The notes under the pieces were generated by a model. It worked only from the letters and a program-made list of their open reading frames with translations, made no database searches and was not told the DNA's origin. The translations under genes were made by a program, and so were the position numbers. From Lytechinus pictus (Eukaryota), in assembly GCF_037042905.1 (NCBI RefSeq), contig NC_087258.1, forward strand, positions 23,064,001 through 23,128,000: DNA of 64,000 nt. Direction: 5' to 3'. Of the stretch, positions 49,764-63,837 are shown one piece after another; position 1 is the first letter of the stretch, and each line of letters opens with the position of its first letter.

Positions 49764-52700
49764 TTTTTGCAGGAATTTCTGCATTTTATTCATAAATCAA
49801 CAAATGAAAATAGAATGATACAATAACAATGACATAAATGAGTACATTTTTGTGTGACAATCGAAAATATAAATAATGAATAAGGCTGAAAAATACATAA
49901 ATGAAGCACGTAAAATAGTAAAGTGGGTAAAAATGCAGGGGCCAGCTATAATAAGCAGGTAACTGCTTGAAACAATAGCAGCCATGAGGGAGGGCTACAT
50001 GGGAACCGTAATAATAGGTTATGAATAGAATTCGATAAAATGATGTCACAAAAGAGAAAGTATAAAAGTTTAGATTTTTAATGGGGAGAAACAAGATAAA
50101 GTTTTTTTTTAAAGTGCGAGTGAGTGCTAGTGGGTGGGTGCAGGTGATACATTTATGAATACTTAGAAATAAGAAACTTTTTCAATGAAGCTTTAAAAGA
50201 AAAAAGAGACGCGGACTGTTTGATGTTATGTGGCAAGGCATTCCAAATATCTGGACCATGATGGCGAATTGTTTTATAAGTGAGTAAGATTCTGGGGTTG
50301 GTTAAGTGGATATCTGTTGAATGACGCGTTGGATAAGTATGTATGTCTTTGTTATAGATAACAAAATTGCGAAATGGAATTGGAATGGTATTTGTGGAAA
50401 ATTTAAACATAAATATGGCTATTTGGTATGTGTTAATATCCTCAATTTTCAATGTCTTTAAGTTGTGAAATATTGGATTAGTGTGTGCAATGTAATGTGA
50501 AAGTGTACAGATGCGAAGTGCCTTTTTTTGAAGACGGAATATAGTTTCTATTCTTGACTTACTACTATACCCCCAAACAATGTTGCAGTAAGATAAGTGG
50601 GATAAGATGAATGAATTGTAAAGCATAAATAATGACTTTTTTGAGATATAATATTTCAATCTATATAAGATTCCTATCCCTCTGGATGTCAACATACAAA
50701 TATTGCGAATGTGACTGTTCCAAGTCAAATTTGAATCAATCAAAACACCTAAAAATGTGGTTTCTTGTTTTTCCGTGATGGGAATATCATCTATAAAAAT
50801 GTTGTTGAGAAACTTGTGTTTACTTTGAATGTGTTGAAAATACATAAAATTTGTTTTGTTTATATTTAAAGAGAGCTTATTAGCTCTAAACCACATTGAT
50901 AATTTCTTCAATTCTAAATTAAGTGTTGGAACAAGTATATTTAAGTCTTTGTGTGAATAGAATACATTTGTATCATCTGCAAATAAAACAAACGTCAATA
51001 TTCTAGATGCATTCACAATGTCATTCATATAAATCAAAAATAACAAGGGACCCAAAATAGATCCTTGTGGTACTCCACATTTTAAAGTACAAATATTAGA
51101 TGATTTAGATTAAAAACAAACATAATGGCGTCGATTGCTTAAGTAATCTTTAAACCAAGCGAGAACCACCCCCTAACTCCATATTTCATTAATTTACAAA
51201 GTAAAATGCGATGATCCATGATATCGAATGCTTTCGACAAATCCATAAAAACACAAACAGTGTGTTCCTTTTTAGATAAAGAATCAGAAATTTTGTCACA
51301 TAATTGCAAAAGTGCAAGGTCCGTTGAATGATTATCTCTGAAACCATATTGATTAGGAATCAGTAAATTATTGCTGTTCAAAAAAGAATATAAACGCTTG
51401 TAAACTATTCTCTCAAGTATTTTAGAGATACCCGGTAATAAAGAAATTGGACGATAGTTTGAGATAAGACATGGATCATCTTTTTTGTATATTGGAATTA
51501 TTTTTGCAATTTTCAGTAGATCGGGGAAAATACCACAAGAAAGAGAACGATTGAAAATATGCGAAAGCGGGGAGGCTATAAAATAAATTATTTTTTTCAA
51601 AAGATAGACACTTATACCATCATGCCCACAGGATTTAGTCGGTTTCATGGACCTAACAATTTCTAAAATCTCGTTAGTATTTGTTGGATTGAAAAATAAA
51701 GAATGTTCTGGGACATCGTTTAAATATACAGAAAAGTCATCATCATTAGATGTTATTTTTGAAGCTAGTTTTGGGCCAATATTATTGAAGAAATTATTAA
51801 ATGCATTAGCAACATCAAAGGAGTCTTGCATTTGTTGACCATTGTCTACGAAATTAACGTTATCACATGTTTCCTTTTTCTTACCTAAAATTTCTTTTAT
51901 AGATTTCCATAATGTATAATTATTATCTTTATTATTTTCAATTTTATCAGAAAAGTAGGATTTTCGAGCTTGGCGTATAACTGATGTTAATTTATTGCGG
52001 TATTTTTTGTATTCATTTATATTTTCAGTTGTAGGCGATTTAATTGATATTTTATATAATCTATTTCTAGTAAATATGGATTTGATTATAGTTTGGGTAA
52101 TCCAAGGTTGTTTGCTCTTCTTTTTATTCGATTTAATTTTTATTAATGGCATATTTTTTTCGTAATAATAAAGAAGTTTGTCCAAAAATCTTTCATAAGA
52201 GTCATTAACATTATGTTCAAGATAAATATCTTGCCAAGATTCTTCAGCCAAATCTGCCTTCAATGACTCAATATTACGATGGGTTTCTTTCCTTCGCATT
52301 ATAGTGTATGATTTGTCAGTAGCCTTGAGTTGGCGTTTATCGTTTGGATACATTGCAAAAATAGGCAGATGGTCTGAAATGTCATAGTAAATTATTCCAT
52401 TATTGTTATTATCAAGTGCGTTAGAAAAAATATTATCAAGTATTGTATTGGATACGTTTGTAATTCTAGTAGGTTTATTTATAAGATGTTGAAGTCCAAA
52501 AGATGATAATAGATTTGTAAAATGTTGAGCGATTGCATTGTATGGAAATGATAGATCAATGTTAAAGTCACCCATGATATAAATATCTTTGTTTTCACGC
52601 GAAATTGAATCAAGACTGGCTTCCAATTCATTTAAAAATGTTTCAGCTAAACTGATTGGGGGTCTATAAATAACACCAATTATTTTATTTTTATTTTTAG

Positions 52701-55700
52701 CATTAGTAATTTCTATGAATAAGGATTCTATATTTTTCAGCTCAATATCATGTCTTAATTTGAAATTCAAATCATTATGAATATAGAAAGCGACACCGCC
52801 CCCCTTACCAATTTTACGATCAATGTGGAGAAATTTGTAGTTATCGATATTGAGAATGGGAGGTGACGTTGAATGCAACCAAGTCTCTGTGAGACCAATG
52901 ATAGAAAATGGAAATGTATCAAGAATGGATAAAAGTTCGCAAAGCGTATCAAATTTTTTCTGTAAGCTTCTTATATTTACGTGCATTAAACTAAAGTAAT
53001 CTGGAATAGAATTTGGAACTGTTTTGTTGAAAGCATTATTGAATTCGTTAGCTGTATAATATTTATTTTGGGGTGAAAAGATTTCAGCATTCAGTAAATC
53101 TGTTGAGTCAAACATGAAAGAACAATGTATGGCATATGGCGAGTTAAAGAAGTAAGCGAAATAGTGCTCGGTGTGTGCAAGTGCAAGAGGTGTAGGCTAA
53201 AAGCAGTGAATAAAGAGTCCGTATACATGTTCACCTTTGCGTGACGATCTGACAGACTCGGGGCCGGTGCATAAATTAATCATTGTCATAAAAAAAGGTT
53301 TTAAAAGTCTATGAATCTATTGATATAGTTTTAATTTCCTAATTTTCGTGTAAAACTATGAGGTTGAAATGATAACTAAAAATATCTTTGAATTGATAGA
53401 AAACAGTAATTAGATTAGAAATATACTTTTCTATCGTTTCATGACATCATTATACCTTGAATAACAGAAGATATATCATGGAGAAAAGGTAGTGTTTAAG
53501 CAAAATATACACACATATATTTATATGCATATTACAGCTTACTGGAGCCTCGGAAGAACATTTTGGGAGGCAAAATAGATATATAAGGAATTATGTGGAA
53601 GAAATTTATAGACGCCGATGGAACTAATACTAGTACATAAACAAACCCATACAATAGATGCACATGATGTAATCAGATTCATGCTGACGAATAAGGGAAT
53701 ATAATAATCCTGTGCATTCGTAAACTGGCGTCAAACAGCATTTTGGAATGGAAAAAAAAATCCTGCCCTCTTAGAAAAAAAAGAAGAAAAAAGATGTCAT
53801 TGACAAATGAATGTGGTTGGAATGTAAAGCAATAGATGATAGAGAATGTCAAGAGCAATATAAGTTAACATTGATGTACAAAAAGTAGGGGCGAATGAAC
53901 GGTAAAACAAGGTTTCTATTAAGCATAGTAGTGTATAGGTACGAGCATTAAAGATCCTCATTTGCATAGGAATTCGACATATTCACGTGCTGTAAATTGT
54001 AACCTATTCATAAAAAACAGAACCTATGATAATGTCATCTGAGTGCAATTAAGATTTTTTTGCAATACATCTGACAATAAACAATGCCAAAATGGTTTGA
54101 TTTCAAATGGGAAGAAATAAAGAGAAAAATGCATAGCAAGCAGAGGTGAGGAAACGTATCGGAGACGCAATTATATGAGATCCCTGTCATGCAGGAATTT
54201 ATGTTAAAATAGGGCAAATAGAAATGGACCCTGTACCAAATGAGGAATTTTGACTCTGAAAAGGGCAAGTCGCTTTTGAAATGTAACAGCTGAATAATCT
54301 CATTCGCATTGGTATAATGTAGAAATGCGCATGTAAACCAATGATGATAGAAATGTTTTCCTTTTACATAATAACAGCAGGGGAACAACGTATATAACAA
54401 GGTCTCCTTCGTGTTGGAATTCATGAGACATGTAAGATGGATCACATTTGCATAGGAATCCGACACATTCACGTGCTGTAATTGTAGCCTATTCATCAAA
54501 AACTGAATATGTATTATAATGAGGTCGAAAAAAAAAAGGTATTAAGAATTTTGCAGTGCACTTGAACAACCAAAACATTACAAATGGTTTGATTTGGAAT
54601 ATAAGGAGATAAAAAGCAAAATGCATAGACGTGTTTTGTATCGAAGATACAATAATGAGATCCCTATTACACTGGGTTTTCTATTTACCAAATGAGATCC
54701 AACATTAGCTCTGAAAATGGCAAGGTGAAGTTAAAAATACAATCGTATTTATAAACTCATTTGCATTGACCATAATATTTATAGCGATATTTTTATAGGA
54801 ATGTGTTTGTAAGGCAACCTGTTCTAGAAAAAAGAAAAAAAAAATCGTAGAAAATACAGTTTTAACTTCATAAAACTTCGGAGGAGAGTATGGAAAAGAT
54901 TTCGGTTAATAACAAACAAACAGACAACGGAATTATAAAGGCATCGTGTACAAGATCAGGTCATATGCAATATTATCACGTTGAGCTTCATTTTAATGAA
55001 TTACTTCATTTGCATATGAGAAAATTAATGCAAGACTTACGTAAACTCAGCATTATTTTTTGGAAAAATAAAGAAAATCACGCAGTGTATGTATGTATAT
55101 GCGAGAAGTTACTTTTTCGCAGAATATAAAAAACTGGATGTGTCAAGTGACAATAAAATTTGCTCAATTTCTTTATTCAAGAAAATAAGATATAAGATAT
55201 CCAAACATGTTCACATGGTATACGTTGACAATAACCACAGGCAAAATAATGCCTAGATTTAGAAATTCAAACTTTTTTTGTGTAATCAAAATATAAAGAG
55301 TGTAGTGTTTGCATGTTTGGTCATTTTATTTTCGAGATACATTTTTTTTTTAATATTCGAAGACAGTGAATTGAACTCATTCTTATATGTTTTTTTTTTT
55401 TTTTTCGAAAAAGAAAATCTCAAACATGCCAACACGCAACATCGCCGATCACAATATGGTTTTATTAATGGATCTATTGCAGGAGAAAATTTAACCCTTC
55501 CGCAAATACATACATGTATTATCGAAATTGGAATCATGCACTGAATAAGCTTTCTTATCCCTTAAGCAGAAAATAATTTAGTATTTGTATGACAGCGATG
55601 ATTACTTTCTGTCTTTCCAAAAGAGAATAGAAAAATCTATCCATGCTCAAACAGCATATAAAAAAAACCGTTGACAAGGTTATCACTAAAACAACAGCAG

Positions 55701-55730
55701 GATGACTGCAGTGATAAAAATGATTCTTCG
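49764..55730 (-). mobile_element. Full LINE insertion, including a long 5' non-coding region, splitting a Harbinger-like MITE
   Basis: 3' end AATAAAATGCAGAAATTCCTGC-A7 on the minus strand. Left flank TTCTTGATTTT and right flank TTCGTGATTTT (TSD-like). MITE halves at 49701-49763 and 55731-55815. Confidence 0.6.
50153..53115 (-). pseudogene. CR1/L2-group (Crack/Daphne-like) LINE ORF2: APE endonuclease + RT, frameshifted near 51050-51150
   Basis: HVNIRSL, LTETWL, GGGVAFY, YRPP, MGDFNID, SDHLP (APE); NYRPISLL, QYGFR, FMDLSKAFD, (CGVPQGSILG)PLLFLIYMND, LFADDT, FLGV (RT). Confidence 0.93.
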
Positions 55731-58326
55731 TGATTTTGATTGGCTGAGAAGCACTGTTACTATGATAACTGTCGGATAAAACAGGAATTGTCGGATTAAA
55801 CGTCTGACAAGTCCTTAGATGAAAAAAAAAGTAATTTCAATTCATTTCAATTCAAATCATTTCATTTCATATTAATTCATATAATTTTGATTAATTTTAA
55901 TTCAATTCAATTTAATACAATTCAGTTCATTCCAATTTAACGAATGTCAATTAAATTTAAGAGATCTGTGTTTTCATAGTTTTTTTTTTATTCGTACATA
56001 ATTCCATATAATTTAGGAAACATTCCAGAATTACGCGTCGTGAGAACTTGCTGAAAACGAAAAAAAACTTTTGAACTTAAATAATGAATAAGCAGATATT
56101 ACAAACATAATTATCAACGGGTGTGAACGCACTTTCTGAGGAGAACAGGTGGAAGACTTCCTGTCTACTCGCGTTCTTTCCTATACAAAGGGGATAAGAT
56201 GAACGCTGTGGTAACAGACTTACCTGTGCAAAGTGACACTTAATGGCGTTCCTTACATTACGTGACCACGATCTAAAAATGAGGAATCTTTAGATAGACT
56301 TTGAATCGTCGTTTGATTCTGCATATGAGCCTATTCGCAGATAGAGAGATGGCAGGTGTATATGCCTAGGCATTTTCAATTGAAAATCCCTACTACCCCA
56401 ACCCCGAAAAACAAGCTATTTCCATTTTTTTTTTCAATTTAAGACATGTGCATAATACCATTAGCATGCTAATATGGTTTTAAAAAAAAAATCCTTTATT
56501 CCCCACGATTTCACAGATAAGAAACGGATACGAACACAAGCTTGTAAGGAGGTAAATATTTCGTTACACGGTTTACCGGTAAATCTAATCTGAAATTAGT
56601 TTTTTGTTTCTTTATACTTTCGTGAAAAAAAAATACATTTCTGCATTTTCTGCGACACATTAGATCAAAATTTGAAGCGGAATTGCAGGTATTCAGAAAC
56701 AGAAATTTTTCATTTTATTTTTTAGGGCCGTAGCCAGGTATTCTTGTGGGGGAGGGGTTCTGAATTAGAAAAAAAAAGTGAACCTTTTTTCCGATGCACA
56801 TTCTGACCAAATACCAGGAGATCTCAATTTACTATGTCTGACAATACAATAACAAACAAAGGTTCAAGTACTGTCACATTCACCTTTTACAAAGAGACAT
56901 CATCACTTTAATTAGACTCGACTCATTGTGGACGAGGGGGGGGGGGCATTGGAAACCCTGAAAATTTATATCCACCAATGAAGCCAAAATAAACGACTTT
57001 TCCTCCTTCTTTTTTTTCTTTTCTCCCCCCCCCCCCTTCCCTCCCTCTCACTATCTCTCTCTATAAATATACATATACTTTTTTGCTGTTGGAGAGCGGC
57101 GGCAGGGTTCAGCAGAACCCAGGACCCCCCCCCCCCCCTCCCCCCGGCTACTACCCTGATTTTTTGCAAACAGAAAATCATTTTCCCTATGGTTTCCCAG
57201 GAGTACCTCTATATTAGGCCTGCTCTATATCATTATTTGGACGATGTAAACACTCGTGATATAACGGCATGTGATCTTATGGACTTGTAAGGTTCAATTA
57301 CGTTGTTTGATTATTTCAAGTTGGTAATTACAGTGGGTATAGTTTTGAGGAATACGATGGCATACACGTTGATTAGGTAGCTAGCCTCTTAAAATTTAAT
57401 GAATGACTGTTTCTGTGCTAATTATCTTCGAGTGAAGAAGACTTCAGATCGATAAATGCATGCGAGGGCAAACTCTCAAGATTTCCTTCATAGCCCGGGG
57501 GGGGGGGGGGTTCCCTCATAATATTAAATGCTGTACACAAATCCAAAGTCTTATTGGGGGGGGGGGGTAACGTCCCCGGACTTGTTGCCTATGGAGTACT
57601 AATTAATGACCGACGAGCTCACCAAAGGCGATTCTTTAACGTATACTTTAACTGATTATGCGGTTGGCATGTAACTTGCAAGCATAGAAAATGGATCAAC
57701 TTATATGCTTGCAACACTAATGCATTGCTTCAGTGCTCAAGATGCCTTACATTCGAGGAAGTTTAAGTATAAAAGAAGTAGTATCGATTTTATAATGATA
57801 CTGTTTATGTTGAAAATTTGAAATAAGTAGCCAATTGTGTTCCCCAAAGTAATATTATATACTTTTTTAAAAGAGTTGGTCAAAATACCAATTTTGGGTG
57901 AACTCTAAGGAGCATAAATGCATGGTCAAACTCAAGCAATATTTGTATGTCTCCCAGAACATGCAGAATGTAGTTGATAAAGGGTGTTTTCGCTCTTTCA
58001 ACGCGGGAATTCTCTACAACGCATCGATTCCTTTGAAAATGCAATTAAAATCACAATGAGGCTTTTGTCGAGAGTTAGTGCTGGACTGGGACAGCAGATC
58101 ATCGAAGATTTGCCGCGGACGAACAATTGCAAATAAATAATAGTTGTCTAGGTCAAGAGATTCCGATGCTGTCCCGGTCCACCAACTTTCGACAAAAACC
58201 TCTCAGCTCTCCATTGTGATTTTACTTTCATTTTCAAAGGAATTGGTGCGTTGTAGACAGTTTCCTGCTAGGAAATGCGAAAGGTCCGGATTGGCCAGTT
58301 TTATCGGCAGCACACATAATTATATT

Positions 58327-58515
58327 GGTTTATTTCCAATTCGTCTAATGCCAATTCGTCCAATTGCCAACTCTTCTACTATCATTAAGTCTACCATCAG
58401 TTCGTCCACTCACCACATGGTCTACTTTCATTTAGTCTAATGCCATTTCGTCTAATAACCAGTTGGTCCAATAGCCATTTAGTCCATATACCATTTGGTC
58501 TAATTGGACTAAGTG
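58327..58515. mobile_element. Partial foldback MITE (family of 10204-10607)
   Basis: Shares TCGTCCACTCACCACATGGTCTACTT..ATTTAGTCTAATGCCATT with 10234-10278. Confidence 0.7.
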
Positions 58516-58601
58516 CAAAATTTTGAAAATCAATAAAATTGAAATTGAAATTTGAATGAAGACTAGACGCCAAACTCTCTGTATGTGTCAGCCAAAGTTA
58601 A

Positions 58602-60195
58602 AGGGATGACCCGGGCTGAAAATATTTATATCTAAATAAATAGAGTAAAATTCACAAAAGCAAAATGCTGAAAGTTTCATCAAAATCGGATAACAACTAA
58701 CGAAGTTATTGAATTTTAAAGTTTATCAATATTTTGAGAAAGCAGTTATATACACATTGTCATGAATATTCATCAGATGGAATGATGATGTCACATCCCC
58801 ACTTTCCTTTTTCTTATGTTATTACATGAAATAATAAATGTTTCATTTTTTCATACATTTGTAAATGATGTGGATGTGTCTCCATTATGGTGAGATAGAT
58901 AATAAGTAACTAATGCACTTTATCAGTTGTCAATCCAATTGTTTTAGTTCTTGGTAGAAAATTTTTGAATAGACTTAATTTCATGTAATAAAATGAAAAA
59001 GTAAAAGTGGGGATATTGCAGCATCAGCCCACCTAATGAATATTCATATAAAAGACATGCCCGGAACTGTTTCACCGGAATAATGCAAATTTTAAAATTC
59101 AATAACTTCGTTATTTGTTATCCGATGTTGATCAAATTTTCAGCACTTTGCTTTGTGAATTTTACTCTCTTTATTGAGATATAAATGTATCCATTCATTT
59201 ACAAGAATATGATTTCTAAACAAAATGTCCTTCATGTTTCCTTAAATAATACCCCATTAGAACAAGTTCATCATGTCAAATACCTAGGCATCATAGTTGA
59301 TGATTATTTGAATTTCAATTTGCATATAGAAAACATGTTGCAAAAAATAGGTCAATTAGTCGGCTTTCTGGGAAGATTGCGGCGATCCCTAAGTGAATCG
59401 ATTCTGAAATTAATATATAGTTCACTGATCCTCCCCTACTTTGATTATGGTGATGTTGTTTACGATGCATCCTTTAGGAAATACACAGACCGCCTTCAAA
59501 AACTGCAAAACAGAGCAGGTCGTATTATACTCCAAATTAAACCCGAATCTCATATATCTATTTTGGAAATGCATGATATACTTAATTGGCAATTGTTGGA
59601 CAAAAGAAGAAGCGATCATTCCCTTATTATCATGTATAAGATCATGAATAATCTATCTCCGAAATATTTAAGAAATGAATTTGAGTTAGTATCACATACG
59701 TATCCCTCCCGTTTCGGAACCAAATTTAAATTACCCAAACCAAGAACAAATTACCTCAAAAGATCCTTCAAGTATAAAAGCGCCATGGCTTATAATTCCC
59801 TTCCTCTTCACATTAAATCATCCCCTAGTATTAATATTTTCAAATCTAAGATTGTTGATCTGTAGCCACATGGACTCCGGTACCCCCTCCCCCATTCCCT
59901 GTTAGGTTTGCACCCCTTCCTTTTTTTTTTTTTTTTTTTTTTTTTGGCGGTGTTTTATCTAAATATGTTTACTGTTGATATTTGTATTTTCATTTATCTT
60001 CTGTACATCTGTTATTTTAATGTGGTTATATTGTGTCTAAATTATACGTTAATGTTAAATGTTATGGACCCCACGGAAGACCAGCGTGACTGCCAGTCAC
60101 GCTGAATGTGGGCTATCCACCGTATTTTATTGTATATAATTGTGCTTTTAATACGGAAATAAATACTACTACTACTACTAGCCTGGATCCTCCCT
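58602..60195. mobile_element. Kolobok-like TTAA MITE interrupted by an L2/CR1 3' fragment
   Basis: TTAA|AGGGATGACCCGGGCTG ... GCCTGGATCCTCCCT|TTAA; long inverted arms 58620-58720 / 59090-59185. Confidence 0.75.
59190..60180 (+). mobile_element. 5'-truncated L2/CR1-type LINE (RT C-terminus + 3' UTR)
   Basis: KYLGIIVD..LNFNLHI, YSSLILPYFDY, LQKLQNRAGRII, RSFKY..YNSLP; 3' UTR with AATAAA and a (TAC)n tail. Confidence 0.88.
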
Positions 60196-60614
60196 TTAAT
60201 ATTGAATCTAGTCTCACTACATAACTCCAGAATGCATTATGCACTATGCAAATTGCGAAAACAAAGGGTCTGTGCCTGCAGAATAATACCGCTTTGTCTG
60301 ATTTACGAGGGAGTGGAAATATACCAGAGTGAATAAAAAATAAAGTTATGAAGGTTACACTACTAACATTTCAATAGGCCTATAGATAAGTGGTACAGAG
60401 CCTTTGTCTGGCTTTAGTATTGTTTTGTTTTGTTGGACTTGCATGCATGATTTACAGTGGAGCAAGAAAAAAAAATTACATAAAAAATTGATTTGCAAAT
60501 AGGCCTTTATCAAGGTTCGCATTAGCAAAGTACCCAAAAATTCAATTATGCAAGAAATAATTGATATAGATAATGCTCTAATAGAAAAGGCCTTCAAGGT
60601 GATACAGTTACGCA

Positions 60615-60852
60615 CACTGCGAAAACGCCGGTGTTAATTTAAAACTAGCCTCGTATACATGTATCTATATCGATCCTCACCAGAGTGGTGTTGAAAAAAC
60701 ACTGGTTTGGCGTAAAGCTAACACCAATTTGGCATTTTAGCAACACCGATTACTGTTTAACCAATATCGGTTTGATTCTTAACTGGTGTTGTTTCAACGC
60801 TTATATGGGTACCAGGTTGTTGTTGTTAAATCAACACCGGTGTTTTGCAGTG
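60615..60852. mobile_element. CACTG-terminus MITE
   Basis: CA|CACTGCGAAAACGCCGGTGTT ... AACACCGGTGTTTTGCAGTG|CA, 2-bp TSD. Confidence 0.75.
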
Positions 60853-60990
60853 CAGCAAAAGCGGTAGTGTTAACCGGTGTTACTTCAAGACCCATGGGTG
60901 TAACACTTTGGTTGTTACTTTAACACTGTTTTATTGTTGTGTTCAATAGGGTGTAGTGGAGAAAAAAACAACGATCGGTGCCATTCTTAA

Positions 60991-61566
60991 AGGGGAATCC
61001 AACCCAAATAAAAACTTGTTTTTATATGAAAAAGAAAAATCAGACAAGTTGATAGGTGAAAGTTTGAACAATATTGGACAAACAACAAGAAAGTTATGAA
61101 TTTTTAAAAGTTGTAAATATTGGTAATCTCTATATTTATGGAGACTTCAAATTGGCCGCATATGAGATGTCATAGTGATGTAAGGCAAGGACTACTCTTC
61201 CATGTACTCCAATACACATTATGGCTAAAATGTCATTTTTCCCAAAAGTTTTATTTCAAATTATATTTTTCTTTCATGAGGACACTATATACTACCTAGG
61301 TTATATTTAGATTACTGCCCCAGGGGAATGGGTACTTAGGAGAAAACCACAAATCCCTGATAATAAAGTACATGGCCTATGGGAAAGTTGTCCTTGCCCC
61401 TTGTCATAATTTACTTACCTAGTTGCCAATTTGAAATCTACATACTATTAGTGATCTCAATTTTAAAGCAGCTATAACTTTCGTATTGCTTGTCCAATTT
61501 CTTTCAAACTTTCACCATTCTCTCCTTCCCAACACAACATTTTATGGCCAAGGCTGGATTCCCCTT
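60991..61566. mobile_element. Kolobok-like TTAA MITE
   Basis: TTAA|AGGGGAATCCAACC ... GGCTGGATTCCCCT(T)|TTAA with inverted subterminal GGTGAAAGTTTGAA / TTCAAACTTTCACC. Confidence 0.75.
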
Positions 61567-62317
61567 TTAATGTCCAGGTGTTTACACGGTGTAGGCCTAT
61601 ACTGGGTATTGGACTCTAGTAAATCATAACTTGCCAGGGCTTATATAAGACCCCCCACCCCACCCCACCCCTCCTTCTAGATCTCGGCCGTTGACTGCAC
61701 GATCGTGCCATGATAAATGCGTGATGTTTTTTTTTTTTTTATGTAAATGTTTATATGAAAATAAATGTTTATGAGAAATGAAATGAAATGACAAAAATAA
61801 AATTGACACGTATGTTGCCTATGGCATAATATAAGAATTGCATAACTATCTTTCTTTAAAGTAAATTGTTTGCTATTATTGATTATGCCTATTTGTGCAT
61901 GAAATGAGAATATGGAATCAATTAATATATTTCTTTGCAGTTCAATAAAAGCCAACAAACTCAATACACTCCCACCCACTGCATACCTTCATACTGAGGA
62001 CGTACATATCGCCCCCCCCCCTAAAAAATAAAACCATGTTTATTCATGATTTATTTTTTTATTTTTTTACAAACTTTTTCGGTGCTTTCCTTTGTCATCC
62101 GTGTGTATTGGTTAAATTTGAGAAAACGCGATGTTTTAAGGGTAAAATCTCTTTACATGACACATCTGTATTTGACAAATTGATACCTTGAATTTTATAA
62201 TCAGTTATATTTGAGATATTTCGCAGTTATAGGATGAAGAGTGTTCATGGATATTCTTAGAAGTTAATAAAAATAACAAAGAGTTACAAGCCGCCCTTGA
62301 CATTTGACTAGAATCAG

Positions 62318-62601
62318 CTACATTGTTCTAGTTTTGTCCACTTTTTTTCTCTGAATTCGCACCAAGCGGTGGCAGCTGTCGCATTGTTTCCATATTTGGT
62401 CGTAAGAGGGCGTCTTATATCTAAGTCTCATTGGACGCGTTGAGTCGAGCGTGGTCGCCGACCATCTCGACGTCCATGCGAGAATCCAGGGCAAGCAGTG
62501 ACATATCAAGACGATGATTGAGGCGGTTAGGAGGGTGATGGCGAGGACGATGGCGGTGAAGTCTATGTAATCGTGTGTAGTCCATTCGTCGTCGAGAAAT
62601 C
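62318..62601 (-). CDS. Putative terminal coding exon of a single-pass membrane protein
   Basis: Acceptor TTTCTCTATAATTACAG|; phase-1 frame FLDDEWTTHDYIDFTAIVLAITLLTASIIVLICHCLPWILAW...KTRTM*; GC-elevated, one clear TM helix. Confidence 0.65.
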
Positions 62602-63170
62602 CTGTAATTATAGAGAAATCAAAGGGAAAGTTCGCAATAGAAATGCGTGGGTAAACATAACGTACATAGAAACAGATATTGAGAGAGTAGGCCAGTAAAA
62701 GTTTTGCGAATACTCAACTTTGAAAATGAGAGTAAATCGGGAAATTTGAATTGCTATCAATAATAAAAAAATAAAAACTACGTAACACAAACGTTACTTT
62801 TTGGTAGTCCATTTCACTCAAGTAATCGACTTTCAGTTTTGTTTTCACTTTCCTACTTTCATTTCTTTTCAATAAAAATTTTTATCCCTAACGTTGCTTA
62901 CTTTAATGCCTGTGAGCATACACAATGATTTTTAGGCCTATCCCCATGATGTGGCTTACAACAAGATTTTTTTTCAAATAAAAAAAATGAAAAACAAAGA
63001 AAAAAATAATGGATTCCCGGAGCATGGTCTTTTGACAATAATGTTGCTGGGGTTTAGCGATGCTGCTATTTTAGTTGTAGTTGGTGGTTGTGATGGCGGT
63101 TGCTGTTGTTGTTGTTGTTGTCATTTGATATTTTCAGGCAATCAAACATAAAAAGTAATAGTGATCCTAC

Positions 63171-63266
63171 TTGTTTTCGATAAATTCAGTTCTTCACAGC
63201 GAGTCCTCTTTCCATAGGCATTTGGCCAGGGCGCCATCACCGTCCAGTCTGCCATCCAGCCTTGTG
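63171..63266 (-). CDS. Putative penultimate coding exon (96 nt, phase 1-1) of the same gene
   Basis: Acceptor TTTTTTTTCAG|, donor |GTAGGA; encodes QGWMADWTVMAPWPNAYGKRTRCEELNLSKT and splices in frame to 62601. Confidence 0.6.
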
Positions 63267-63837
63267 CTGAAAAAAAAATGAATATTTTGTTGACAATTAC
63301 GTTAAATACAAAGAAAATAGAATTATGGGATAAATATATATATTTCATGTTATAATCTCCACGATCTAATATGATTCGAATCTGATCTGCATAATTTTGG
63401 CTTAGCTGGCAATCTGGATTGTTTAAAAGAGAATTTGCCCTTTTATTTATGTCTTTTTTTTTCTTTCCATCCCTTCTTTCTTTTTCTATATTTTAAAGCT
63501 CATTCCGTTTATCACTGATTTTTCGCCCCCACCTGGATGCGGGACAGGGTCGCTGAATATTTAAAACCTAATGAATTTTGTTGTTTTTGCGAGGTTGTCA
63601 TAAATATATTAAGCAAAATCTACCTCCTCTTTTCACAAGACAAGATTCACACCCCCCCCCCCCCAAAAAAAAAATGTAAAAGTTACATCGAATCAGACTC
63701 CAGGGGCCCGTTTCACAAAACGTGTTATAGTAACATATTTGCACAAGCAGTTTAACTACTTAAATCATTAATTTTGATTTGATTGGCGGATAGTAACGTT
63801 GTTATAGAAATTATTAATTCATTAAAGTATAACAAAT

